Shown: positions 38,087 through 47,716 of the stretch, piece after piece
How positions within the stretch are numbered: the stretch's first letter is position 1
Layout: every line of letters begins with the position of its first letter
Source: Actinomycetota bacterium
Lineage (GTDB): Bacteria > Actinomycetota > Thermoleophilia > Miltoncostaeales > Miltoncostaeaceae
Direction of reading: 5' to 3'
DNA length: 64,000 nt
Assembly: GCA_031366605.1 (NCBI GenBank)
Contig: JANLOO010000034.1
Location: forward strand, 34,372 to 98,371
Made by a program: the position numbers and the translations under genes
The notes under the pieces: model-generated
The model's input: only the letters and a program-made list of their open reading frames with translations
The model's database searches: none
What the model was told of the DNA's origin: nothing

Positions 38087-38776
38087 TCATGGCTGACGGA
38101 GCACGCGGGCGACGGCGACCGCACCGACCCGCCTGACGCCCGCTCGGCGCAGCGTCCGGGCGCACGCCGCCAGGGTCGCTCCCGTGGTGCACACGTCGTC
38201 GACGAGCCAGACCTCGGGTGGGATCTGGAGCTCCGGCGCGACCGCAAACGCCCCACGCACGTGCAATGTGCGATCGGTCGCGGATGCGCCACGCTGCGGC
38301 GGATCGTCGCGGACGCGTTGCAGCAGGTGGACAACCGGAAGATCCCATGCCTGCGCCAGGTGTGCCGCGATGAGCCCGGCCTGGTTGAACCCCCGAACAC
38401 GCTCCCGATCCCGTGTCAGCGGCACCGGGGTCAGGCCGACGCCTCGAGGTGGGCCGACGCACCGACTCGCGATCAGACCCGCAAGCTCACTCGCCAGATC
38501 GCGCCGCCCGTGATCCTTGAGCGCCCCGATCGCCACCGGCAGTGGATCGACGTAGGCCGCAGCGAACTGCAGGCGATCGACAGCTGGTGGGCACTCGGCG
38601 CACCGCGGGGTCGACACCGCCCACGGGTGCCCGCACCGCGCGCAGCCGACCGGATGTGGGACGGCGATCGCACCCGCACACGCCGCGCAGATCGCCGCGC
38701 CGGGGAGGCGGCACGCCGCACATGTCGGAGGGACGACGAGGTCCAGGAGGCCGACGACCCGACGTAAGATGCGCAT
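38087..38776 (-). CDS. comF: ComF-family phosphoribosyltransferase-like protein
   Basis: There are N-terminal Cys clusters (..PPTCAAC..CARCGHP..) and a C-terminal PRTase loop (..VWLVDDVCTTGATL..). Confidence 0.85.
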   Translation of the reverse strand: MRILRRVVGLLDLVVPPTCAACRLPGAAICAACAGAIAVPHPVGCARCGHPWAVSTPRCAECPPAVDRLQFAAAYVDPLPVAIGALKDHGRRDLASELAGLIASRCVGPPRGVGLTPVPLTRDRERVRGFNQAGLIAAHLAQAWDLPVVHLLQRVRDDPPQRGASATDRTLHVRGAFAVAPELQIPPEVWLVDDVCTTGATLAACARTLRRAGVRRVGAVAVARVLRQP

Positions 38777-38913
38777 CGCAGCAGCGTGGCATCAGAAGTG
38801 TGTCGCAGGACGCACGAAACTGTGCCAAATGTGACCGCGAACCGTCACAACTTCTGTGACATTCTCGCGCGCGCCCCTCCGCTCGCGCGCCCCGTGTTGT
38901 GGAGGTCACCCGG

Positions 38914-40526
38914 ATGATCGTTCATCGTCACGTCATGTTCGTGCTCGCCGTCGTCACGGCGCTCGTGACGCCCGTCGTCGCAAGCGCGGCGATACGCGTG
39001 GCCTCACCGGGCGGGGCACCGAGCACGGCATGCCCCACCGCAACGCCATGCGATCTGGACACGGCGGTCAATTCGGCGATCGATGGGGACGAGATCGTCC
39101 TTCTCGCCGGTGTCTACACCGGCTTCCCGAGCCTCAATCCGGGCGGAAGGGTACTCAACATCCACGGCGCTGACGGCGAACCACGACCCACACTCACATC
39201 ACCCCAGAGCACGCTGCGTGTCGGCGTCGGGTCGACGATCAAACGCCTCACGATCACCACGTCGCAACCCACGGTTGGACCGCTCATCAATGTCACGGGA
39301 AACGGTCCTGCCATCGTCGACCTGGTCGGCGTGGTCATCGACGAGGTCTTCGCACGGGCCCCGGGCGAGGTTCTCAGCTTCACGAACGCCGGACTCGGCA
39401 ACCACATTCGCAACTCGATTCTGGTCTCTGACAGCGGTGGCCAAGAGACCCTCCGCATCCAAGACACGAACCAAGTCGCCCTCGAACATGCCACGGTTCT
39501 CGCGAGAGGAACCGCCTTGCGCGCGCTGCACGTCCTGGCGACAACCACCGCGACCTCGGTCACCATCCGCAACTCGATCGTTCCGGGCACGAACGAAGAT
39601 ATCCGTGCGGCCGGCGTCGGCGCGACCGTCGCCCTTGCGCACTCGGCGTATCGACCGACACTCGCCGTCGGCGCTGTCGCCAATGGTGCAGGTGTGATCA
39701 CGAACGATCCCCTGTTCGCCGATCCCGCCAACGGCGACTTTCACGAAGCGCGCGGTTCACCGACGATCGACGCCGGGGACGCCTCGGCGGTACAGGCCGA
39801 CTTCGACGGCCAACCGCGATCCATTGGGGCAGCCCCGGACATCGGTGCAGACGAAGTGCCCATCGCCGCAGTCGTCGCGACGGACGCGCCGACCGCGCTC
39901 ACACTCACTGGCGCGACGCTCAACGGGAGGGTCATCCCCAATGGCGTGAGGACCTCCTACCGTTTCGAGTATTGAACGACCACACGTATGGCTTGACGAC
40001 GGCCAACGCTCCGGCGGGTGCGGACGCGAGACCGCACTCGGTAGAGGCGGCACTCGCCGGACTCACACCTGGAACGACGTACCACGCGCGGATCGTGGCC
40101 ACGAGCGTGCTCGGCCAGATCGCCGGCGACGACATCACGTTCGTGACGACATCCGACATGACCGCACCGCGCATTGCAACGCTGATCCTCACCAGCAAGT
40201 CGGTCGCACCGGGCAAGCGCCTGACGCTGAGGCTGACCCTCGACGAAGCAGCGAACGTCAAGGTCACGATCGAACGCATGACCCCGGGACGTCACGTCGG
40301 CGCGAGGTGCGTGCCGGAGGCCAAGACGGGCGCCAAGTGCGTCAAGCTGACCCGTGTCACGACATTCAGTCGCGCGCTCGCCGCAGCCGGCCTCGCCAAA
40401 GTCGTCGTGCCCGCCAAACCCGGTGGCAAGAAGCTGCAGCGGGGGACCTACCGGCTCGTGGTGCAGGCGACCGACGCAGCAAGCAACTCGTCACCGGCGA
40501 AGCGCATCACGTTCACCGTGGCGTAG
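38914..40526 (+). pseudogene. Secreted right-handed beta-helix protein with C-terminal Ig/FN3-like domains, split by a frameshift at about 39972
   Basis: ATG 38914 is preceded by a GGAGG SD sequence, and a signal peptide is present (..FVLAVVTALVTPVVASA). ORF 38899..39975 ends ..LTGATLNGRVIPNGVRTSYRFEY*. ORF 39972..40526 continues the same domain: (L)NDHTYGLTTANAP...LAGLTPGTTYHARIVATS... The junction TATTGA looks like TAT TTG A with one T missing. Confidence 0.7.
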
Positions 40527-40528
40527 GA

Positions 40529-40566
40529 CCGTTCAGGCGGGCAGGACGGCGAGCGCGCCTGAACGG
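40529..40566. terminator. Stem-loop with an 11-bp perfect stem, immediately after the stop at 40526
   Basis: CCGTTCAGGCG (40529-40539) pairs with CGCCTGAACGG (40556-40566) across a 16-nt loop. There is no clear U-tract. Confidence 0.5.
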
Positions 40567-40706
40567 CGACGCCACAGCACATGCGCCCACACGCCTGCGC
40601 GGCCCAACACATCCGACGCGGCAAGCGCACTGGAGCCATCAAGCAGCGCAGCGCGGAGCGCTTCGAGCTCGATGCGGTCGAATCCATACCCCTCGCGGTC
40701 GGACAT
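40533..40706 (-). CDS. Hypothetical 57-aa protein
   Basis: ATG 40706 is preceded by AAGGGAGG at optimal spacing. The product is MSDREGYGFDRIELEALRAALLDGSSALAASDVLGRAGVWAHVLWRRRSGALAVLPA. No family is recognised. The 3' end coincides with the hairpin at 40529-40566. Confidence 0.35.
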   Translation of the reverse strand: MSDREGYGFDRIELEALRAALLDGSSALAASDVLGRAGVWAHVLWRRRSGALAVLPA

Positions 40707-40798
40707 CCGTGCCTCCCTTGACGTGCGTTGCTCCCCCTTTACATCGGCACACCTGCGCGTCGGCATGAGGGGGTGGGCGGCGGCTATCCTCCCTCGCC

Positions 40799-41836
40799 GT
40801 GGTCCGCAAAATTCTTGCCCTCCTGCTCGTCTTGGGTCCCGTCACGATCCTGGCCAAGCAGCTCGGAGCCGGCGATATGACACTGTTCGCGCTCGCCGCG
40901 GCGGCGCTCATCCCGCTCGCGTGGCTCATCGGCGAGTCAACCGAACATGCTGCCCACCACACAGGCCCCGGCATCGGCGGGTTCATCAACGCGACGTTCG
41001 GAAATGCGCCGGAGCTGATCATCTCGCTCCTCGCGATTCACGAGGGGCTGTTCGACGTGGTCCGCGGGTCACTGGCCGGGTCGGTCATCGGCAACCTGCT
41101 GCTCGTGCTGGGATTCTCGCTCCTGTTCGGAGGTCGGGGCGACCTGGACCGCTCTTCCAGCCTCGTCTCGCTGGGCCTCGTCGGGCTCGCAACAGCGTTG
41201 TTCCTCATTCCGGCGATTCCCGGCTTCGGTGGCGATCCCGAACGTCGCTTCATCGCCCAACTGGGAGTGCCGATCGCCGTTGCCCTGCTGGTGATCTACA
41301 TCGTCGTGACCGTCATCGCGCTGCGGCGGCACAGACAGATGCACGTCTCCGATGACCCGAGCGAGATGACCGGCTGGTCACTCTCACTGTCGCTGATTGC
41401 GTTGGGCGCAGCGACCGTGGTCACGGCGCTGGTCGCCGAGGTCCTCGTCGGCTCACTCCAGGTGTTTGCGGAGAAGGCGGGACTCTCGGAGTTCTTCGTC
41501 GCCGCGGTCATCGTCGCGATCGTCGGCAACGCGGCCGAACACGGCGGCGCGGTCGTCGTGGCGGCGAAGGGCAACATCAAGCTCGCGTCCGAGATCGCCT
41601 TGGCTTCGAGCGCGCAGGTTGCCGTGTTCCTCATCCCCGCTGTCGCCCTGATTTCCTGGGCGCTCAACCCGCTCGCACTGTCATTTCGTCCCGTTGAGAT
41701 CGTCGCACTGTTTGGTGCGGTCGCACTGACGTGCGTCGTGCTGTGGGGTGGTCGCTCCAGTCGGCTGCGCGGAGCGATCCTGATCACGGCGTACGTGGCG
41801 ATCGCCGTTCTGTTCTTCGCCGTCGGGGACAGGTAG
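40799..41836 (+). CDS. Ca2+/H+ antiporter (CaCA/CAX family)
   Basis: The ORF has two alpha-repeats: ..GFINATFGNAPELIISLLAI.. and ..VAIVGNAAEHGGAVVVAAKG... It is 345 aa with about 10-11 TM helices. Confidence 0.88.
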   Translation: MVRKILALLLVLGPVTILAKQLGAGDMTLFALAAAALIPLAWLIGESTEHAAHHTGPGIGGFINATFGNAPELIISLLAIHEGLFDVVRGSLAGSVIGNLLLVLGFSLLFGGRGDLDRSSSLVSLGLVGLATALFLIPAIPGFGGDPERRFIAQLGVPIAVALLVIYIVVTVIALRRHRQMHVSDDPSEMTGWSLSLSLIALGAATVVTALVAEVLVGSLQVFAEKAGLSEFFVAAVIVAIVGNAAEHGGAVVVAAKGNIKLASEIALASSAQVAVFLIPAVALISWALNPLALSFRPVEIVALFGAVALTCVVLWGGRSSRLRGAILITAYVAIAVLFFAVGDR

Positions 41837-41869
41837 CGACGCGGCCGGTCGGCATGGGAAGATTGTCTC

Positions 41870-42631
41870 ATGCACCTCCGACTGCTGCGTCACGCAACGC
41901 TCCTCGTACAGTTCGGTGACATCCGGCTGCTGATCGATCCCATGCTCGACCCGGTCGCCACCCAACCGCCCGTGCCCGAGACACCGAACCCGCGCCCCAA
42001 TCCGCTCGTCGAGCTTCCCGTGCAACCGCTCGATGCCGTTGCCGGTGTGTCCGCAACCCTGGTCACGCACCTGCACGGCGATCACTTCGACCGCACGGCG
42101 TTGGGCGTGGTTCCGCGCGATCGTCCGGTCCTGTGCCAGCCGCGCGATCGGCCGATGTTCGTCCGCGCCGGCCTGCAGGCCACGACGTTCGACGGGACGA
42201 CGGAACTCGGCCCGCTTCGCATCACCCGGACCACCGGACAACACGGCACAGGGGCGATCGGCAAGGAAATGGGCGACAGCAGCGGCTACGTCATCGCCTG
42301 CGACGGCGAGCCGACGCTGTACATCGCAGGCGACACCGTGTGGTGCGACGAGGTTCAGAATGCGATCACCACGCATGAGCCGGCGGTGATCGTCGTCAAC
42401 GCCGGGGCCGCGCGGTTCATCCACGGCGATCCCATCACGATGGACATCCCCGACGTCATCGCCACGTGTAATGCCGCGCCGGACGCGCTGATCGTCGCGG
42501 TCCACATGGAGGCCGTGAACCACTGCGGACTCGATCGTGCAGGCTTGCGCGCGGCGATGGACGCCGCCGGTCTGACCGGCAGGGTCGCGACACCCGCCGA
42601 TGGCGAGACGCTCGAGCTGTCGTTCGGTTAG
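41870..42631 (+). CDS. MBL-fold metallo-hydrolase
   Basis: ..LVTHLHGDHFD.. is the HxHxDH motif. 253 aa. Confidence 0.8.
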   Translation: MHLRLLRHATLLVQFGDIRLLIDPMLDPVATQPPVPETPNPRPNPLVELPVQPLDAVAGVSATLVTHLHGDHFDRTALGVVPRDRPVLCQPRDRPMFVRAGLQATTFDGTTELGPLRITRTTGQHGTGAIGKEMGDSSGYVIACDGEPTLYIAGDTVWCDEVQNAITTHEPAVIVVNAGAARFIHGDPITMDIPDVIATCNAAPDALIVAVHMEAVNHCGLDRAGLRAAMDAAGLTGRVATPADGETLELSFG

Positions 42632-43196
42632 AACCGTCAGCCGCCCGTTGCTCGGTCGGGTTGAGCCGCCTCGCCAGTGCGGGTCGATGTCGTCCCATCG
42701 GAGGTGTTGCGTCAACGCGCGTGTGGGTGCGAACCTGCCGGGCACCGGGCGTCGTTCGCGTCTGGGTTTGCCTGGGGTGGGGGTCGCGGGCAGAAGCCAC
42801 CGTGCGTGTGTACCACCGTCGCATCGTGCGGGGCGATGGTGCGTCGCGGGACAATCCGTGTGACGGTCCCGGAGTTCCTGGATGACGCGCTGCGGGTCGT
42901 GGGCCTGCCGCGGAGCGCTGTTCCGCTTCGCGTCTGAGGGCGGGCCATGAGTACGAGCCCGGTCGCTCACGCGCCGTGCCCGCCGACAACGCTTGACCCG
43001 ACCAGACTTCCACCAAATGGCCTTTTTCGACCCGCTCGCATCCCGCCGGGGCGTGGTGGTGCGGGCTTCGAGGGCGGATGGGATGAGGCGCGCGCACGGG
43101 GCCGGATCGCGTCTGCTTGCGAGGGCGGTTTGCCGCTCTGCAAGGGAGCGCGGCTCGTTCAGCGGGCGGTACGCGAACGATACGCGGAGCCGGCTC

Positions 43197-44282
43197 TTAC
43201 CCCTGCTCGGTTGCGGTGTCCCAGGCCGCGCGGAGGGCACGGTCGTAGGGCGGACGATGAACCCCCTGCTCCGTGACGATCGCCGACACCAACCGATGCG
43301 GTGTGCGGTCGAAGGCGGGGTTCGCAACATGCGCTCCAACTGGTGTTGCGCTTCGGCCGAACAGTCCGATCTGCAGCACTTCGTCGGCTGCACGCTCCTC
43401 AATGGGAATCTCCGCCGCTGAGGGGAGCGACAAGTCAAGTGTGGACGTTGGCGCGGCCACGATGAACGGAATGCCGTGTTCGCGGGCCAGAATCGCGACG
43501 CCGTAGGTTCCGACCTTGTTGACCACATCGCCGTTCGCCGCGATGCGATCCGCACCGACCACGACGTGGGTGACGCGCCCCTCGGCCATCATGGTCGCCG
43601 CCATGTTGTCGGCGATCAGGGTGTACGGAATGCCCTCTTGACCGAGTTCCCAGGCGGTCAGTCGCGCACCCTGCAGAAGTGGGCGGGTCTCATCGACGAT
43701 CACGCGGACGGTCGGGTCGGCCGCAAATGCCGCGCGTACGACGCCCAGCGCCGTCCCATAGCCACCCGTCGCAAGCGCACCCGCGTTGCAGTGGGTCAAG
43801 ATCCGTGCGCCACGGTGGATGAGCGCCCGTCCGTGAGCACCCATGCGTTCGCATCGGTCGACCTCGTCGGTGTGGATGCGCCGGGCAGTCGTCGCGAGTT
43901 CCGCGACCAGGTCCTGTGCAGATCCCGCGTGGCCGGCGACGATGCGAAGCTGCGCATCGACCGCCCATGTCAGGTTGACCGCGGTGGGTCGCGCGGCCCG
44001 CAACGCCTGGCCGGCTCGGTTGAGTTCGTCTTTGAGTGCCGCCAGCTCGGCGGGTCCGCGCTGCCCCGCCAACGCCACGCCCATCGCAGCCGCGATGCCA
44101 ATCGCAGGCGCCCCGCGCACCACCATCGTCTTGATCGCGTCGACCACCTCCTGCCAACTGTGCAGCGTCACGCTGACGAGTTCGCCCGGCAGCCGCGTTT
44201 GGTCGAGCATCCGCACCTCACCGTCCCCCAGTGCGAGGATGTCCGCCGGCGCGAGCCCCGATGGCGGCGACGCGATGTTCAT
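43197..44282 (-). CDS. mtnA: S-methyl-5-thioribose-1-phosphate isomerase
   Basis: ..VRMLDQTRLPGE..AIKTMVVRGAPAIGIAAAMG..TAVNL..THCNAGALAT..VVGADRIAANGDVVNKVGTY.. Confidence 0.9.
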   Translation of the reverse strand: MNIASPPSGLAPADILALGDGEVRMLDQTRLPGELVSVTLHSWQEVVDAIKTMVVRGAPAIGIAAAMGVALAGQRGPAELAALKDELNRAGQALRAARPTAVNLTWAVDAQLRIVAGHAGSAQDLVAELATTARRIHTDEVDRCERMGAHGRALIHRGARILTHCNAGALATGGYGTALGVVRAAFAADPTVRVIVDETRPLLQGARLTAWELGQEGIPYTLIADNMAATMMAEGRVTHVVVGADRIAANGDVVNKVGTYGVAILAREHGIPFIVAAPTSTLDLSLPSAAEIPIEERAADEVLQIGLFGRSATPVGAHVANPAFDRTPHRLVSAIVTEQGVHRPPYDRALRAAWDTATEQG

Positions 44283-45370
44283 TGCTGCGGTGGCTCGGCA
44301 GTGCGGCCGTACGGGGTGTTCGCCAGACCGTCCTTCAACTGGTCAATCATCGTGATCGGCCCCGGATCGACCTGACGCAAGCACGCAAGGTAGAGCGACA
44401 CGTAGTCGCCCAAGAGCACCAAGTCGAGCATGCGTGCAAGCGCGCCGCGGCCCTCGGCCTCGATTCGGGTGACCCCCTCGACGTACGGGGAGACAAGCTG
44501 GTCAGTGAGTCCGAACCGCCGCTCCACCTGACGGTGGTTACGCGGGTCCAGCAACATGATCACGCGTGTTCGGGCGCCTTGCGCGCCCATCCCCTCCATG
44601 CCCACGATCTCGTTGTGATTGTGCTCAGGAAGCCGCGACCAGTACGCCGGGATCTTGGCGTTCTCGTTGAGCTGGCATTTCCAGCGGTAGGCGATCGGGC
44701 CGGTGATCTCGGCGCCCCAGATCAGGGGCAGCCGTTCGTTGAGCAAGGACGCGACCTGCTTGGCAGGGTTTTCCTCCTCAGGGGCTCCGGGACCGTAGTC
44801 GCGGACCGCCGACGACAGGGTCTCGCGGGCCTCGACAAGCTCGGATTCGAGCGGCGGCAACACCTCGAAGCGCTCGAGTACCACCATCATCGCCGCGAGC
44901 ATCTGCACCAGTGCGGCGCGGGGCATCGGCGCCTGCGGCACCTCAACCAACGGCACGCCGCGTGGCTCGTAATAGTCCTTGAATCGCCCGCCGGTCGAGA
45001 TGCCGATCGCCGGACACGTGCGGTCGATGGCGTCCATCATGCAGGTCAGGGTCTCCTCGGTGGTCCCCGAGAACGATGAGCCGACGACGAGGGTGTTCTC
45101 GCCCACCCAACCGGGCAGGTAGTAGTCGCGAATCACCTGGACAGGTCGGCGCAGACGATCCCAGAACGCACCGACGATCAGGTCGCCCGCGATCGCCGAG
45201 CCTCCCATTCCGCAGATGGCGACGTTGTGGACCGCATCGGCCGGGAAGGGAATCTCGACGGCCCTGGCGCTCGCGACCGCCGCGTCAAAAACCTCGACAG
45301 CACGACCGGTCGCGCCGATCAGACCCATCGAGTCGATGTCCAAGATGTTCGGGTGGTCAAGCAGGCTCAT
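44279..45370 (-). CDS. Bifunctional phosphoglucose/phosphomannose isomerase family (SIS domain) protein
   Basis: ..VAICGMGGSAIAGDL..VVGSSFSGTTEETL.. and a C-terminal ..AYRWKCQLNENAK... Confidence 0.8.
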   Translation of the reverse strand: MSLLDHPNILDIDSMGLIGATGRAVEVFDAAVASARAVEIPFPADAVHNVAICGMGGSAIAGDLIVGAFWDRLRRPVQVIRDYYLPGWVGENTLVVGSSFSGTTEETLTCMMDAIDRTCPAIGISTGGRFKDYYEPRGVPLVEVPQAPMPRAALVQMLAAMMVVLERFEVLPPLESELVEARETLSSAVRDYGPGAPEEENPAKQVASLLNERLPLIWGAEITGPIAYRWKCQLNENAKIPAYWSRLPEHNHNEIVGMEGMGAQGARTRVIMLLDPRNHRQVERRFGLTDQLVSPYVEGVTRIEAEGRGALARMLDLVLLGDYVSLYLACLRQVDPGPITMIDQLKDGLANTPYGRTAEPPQQ

Positions 45371-46433
45371 TGCGCTCCCCTCCGTGCAACTGCGATTGGT
45401 CCACGTCTGCGTTGGTCGGGACGATGCCCCCGGCGACCGTCACACCGGCTGCGATCGTAGCGCCGTCTCCGACGACAGCGCCGTCCGCAACCCTGGCACG
45501 ATCGCCCACCGTCACGCCTTCCCCCAGGATGACCCCGTCGATCCGTGCGTCGCGCCCGATGCGCGAACCGGCACCGACGACGCTGCGCAGAACCACCGTA
45601 CCGGGGCCCACGACCACGTCCGCGCCGATCGTGGTGCCGGACGCGACGCGGGCGTCGGCAGCCAATTGTGCCCCGGGACCGACATAGCGGTCACCCGTCG
45701 GGGCATCCGTGCGGACTGCGCCCGCCAGGACGTCAAGGTGCGCCTGAAGGTACGAGTCCGGGGTCCCGATGTCGCGCCAGTAGCTGTCGCTGGGGTAGCC
45801 GGCGAGTCGATCTTCGTGCGCCAGTGCGGGAAAGACGTCGCGCTCGATCGAGCAAGGCTCGCCCGACGGGATGCGCTCCAGCACCTCGCGTTCGAGCAGA
45901 TACGTGCCCGCGTTGATCAAGAACGGCTCGCCCGCACGCAACTGATCCGGGCGGGGCTTCTCCAGAAATGCCTCCACGCGTCGATCGGGATGCAGCCGCA
46001 CGAGCCCATACCGCGACGGATCAGCGACCGGGGTCAGGGCGAGCGTCCCGGCAACGCCGGTCGCCTGGTGCTGTGCGACGACCAGGGACAGATCGAGGTC
46101 CGTCAAAACGTCACCGTTGAACACCAGCACCTGCGCGCTCGTCAGCAGTGGCTCCGCATTCTTGACCGCGCCGGCCGTGCCGAGTGGAACCGGGTCCACG
46201 ACGTAGCGCAATCGCATCCCAATGTCCGCGCCGTCGCCAAAGTGCCGTTGCAGCGCCTCGGGTCGGTAGCCACACGAGAAGATCACGTCGGTGACGCCGA
46301 ACCGTCGCAGCTGGTCCAACTGGTGCGCGACGAAGGGCCTGTCCACCAACGGCATCATGGGTTTGGGACGCGTGTCGGTCAGCGGGCGAAGGCGCCTGCC
46401 TTCGCCGCCGACGAGGATGACCGCCTCGATCAC
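45357..46433 (-). CDS. Sugar-1-phosphate nucleotidylyltransferase (mannose-1-P guanylyltransferase-like) with a C-terminal left-handed beta-helix
   Basis: MIEAVILVGGEGRRLRPLTDTRPKPMMPLVDRP... There are hexapeptide repeats at the C-terminus. Confidence 0.82.
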   Translation of the reverse strand: MIEAVILVGGEGRRLRPLTDTRPKPMMPLVDRPFVAHQLDQLRRFGVTDVIFSCGYRPEALQRHFGDGADIGMRLRYVVDPVPLGTAGAVKNAEPLLTSAQVLVFNGDVLTDLDLSLVVAQHQATGVAGTLALTPVADPSRYGLVRLHPDRRVEAFLEKPRPDQLRAGEPFLINAGTYLLEREVLERIPSGEPCSIERDVFPALAHEDRLAGYPSDSYWRDIGTPDSYLQAHLDVLAGAVRTDAPTGDRYVGPGAQLAADARVASGTTIGADVVVGPGTVVLRSVVGAGSRIGRDARIDGVILGEGVTVGDRARVADGAVVGDGATIAAGVTVAGGIVPTNADVDQSQLHGGERNEPA

Positions 46434-47716
46434 GCCCGGCCGATGCCCTCGTACGTAAACCCGGCCTCGCGCATCGCCACCGGATCAAGCGCGTTTCGGC
46501 CGTCGATCAGCACCTGGCGGTTCATCATCGGAGCGAGTGCCGCCCAATCCAGGCCGATGATCTGGTGCCACTCGGTGACGAGTACGGCGGCATCGGCGCC
46601 CGTCATCGCGTCGACCGCGCTGCCGCACAACTCGACCCCACGAAGCCGCTCGCCCGCGGCATCAATGGCGATCGGATCGTAGGCACGCACCGTGGCGCCT
46701 TCGGCCAGTAGCCGCGCCGCCAGCACCAGGCTCGACGCCTCACGCATGTCGTCGGTCTCGGGTTTGAACGCGAGTCCGAGCAACGCGACCGTCGCGCCCT
46801 CCAGCTGCCCCAGGTGCTTGCGCAGCTTGCCGATGACCCGCCGCTTCTGCAGCTCGTTGACCTCGATGACCGAGTTGAGCAACTGGAAGTGATACCCCGA
46901 GTTGCCCGCCAATTGTTTGAGTGCCGAAACGTCTTTTGGAAAGCAGCTGCCCCCGAAGCCTATCCCTGCTTTCAAGAACGCGGTTCCGATGCGCTGATCC
47001 AGGCCCATGCCCTTTGCGACGGTGACGACGTCCGCGCCCACCTCTTCGCAGACGTTCGCGATCTCGTTGATGAAGCTGATCTTGGTCGCCAGGAACGCGT
47101 TGGACGCGTACTTGACCATCTCGGCCGTGGGTACGGTGGTGCGGACGATCGGGGAGCCGAGTGGCTCGTAGAGGGCGGCGACGCGGTCACCGTCCTCCAC
47201 GCGGAACTCGCCGATGACGACGCGGTCCGGTTTGAGGAAGTCCACGATGGCCGCGCCCTCTTTGAGGAACTCGGGGTTGGAGCAGTACCCCACGATGCCC
47301 AGGCCGTGCGCGTCCAGTTCGGCCCGTACCCGCTCGCCCGTCCCGACCGGGACTGTGCTCTTCATGATCAACAGGTGCCGCGCGTCGGCCCCGACCGCGG
47401 CGAGTTCCTCGACGAACCCCATGACGCGCGACAGGTCGGCATCGCCGGAGTACGTCGGTGGGGTGTCGACCGCGATGAAGATCAGATCCGACCGCTCCAG
47501 AAGCCGTGGCAGGTCGAGCGTGAAATCCAGACGCTGCCGATTGGCAGCGACCAGATCTTCGAGACCCGGCTCGTAGATCGGGATCTTGCCGTCATGCAGC
47601 GCCGCGACCTTGCGCGCATCGATGTCGCGCAGCGTCACCTCGTGCCCGAGGGACGCGAGACAGACCCCGGTGACCAGACCCACGTAACCGGCCCCGATGA
47701 CGCCGACGCGGGCTAT
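46430..47716 (-). CDS. ugd: UDP-glucose 6-dehydrogenase
   Basis: The ORF 46430..47683 contains ..GFGGSCFPKD... The obligatory Rossmann N-terminus ARVGVIGAGYVGLVTG lies upstream of the tracked GTG. The only start-like codon is ATA 47716, overlapping the upstream TAG. Confidence 0.88.
   Translation of the reverse strand: MARVGVIGAGYVGLVTGVCLASLGHEVTLRDIDARKVAALHDGKIPIYEPGLEDLVAANRQRLDFTLDLPRLLERSDLIFIAVDTPPTYSGDADLSRVMGFVEELAAVGADARHLLIMKSTVPVGTGERVRAELDAHGLGIVGYCSNPEFLKEGAAIVDFLKPDRVVIGEFRVEDGDRVAALYEPLGSPIVRTTVPTAEMVKYASNAFLATKISFINEIANVCEEVGADVVTVAKGMGLDQRIGTAFLKAGIGFGGSCFPKDVSALKQLAGNSGYHFQLLNSVIEVNELQKRRVIGKLRKHLGQLEGATVALLGLAFKPETDDMREASSLVLAARLLAEGATVRAYDPIAIDAAGERLRGVELCGSAVDAMTGADAAVLVTEWHQIIGLDWAALAPMMNRQVLIDGRNALDPVAMREAGFTYEGIGRA

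Noticed and set aside
41681-43555. 624-aa minus-strand ORF spanning the cax 3' end, the MBL gene, the gap and the mtnA 3' end
   Set aside because: It runs antisense or out of frame to three well-supported genes. It is Arg/Pro-rich with no domain signature.
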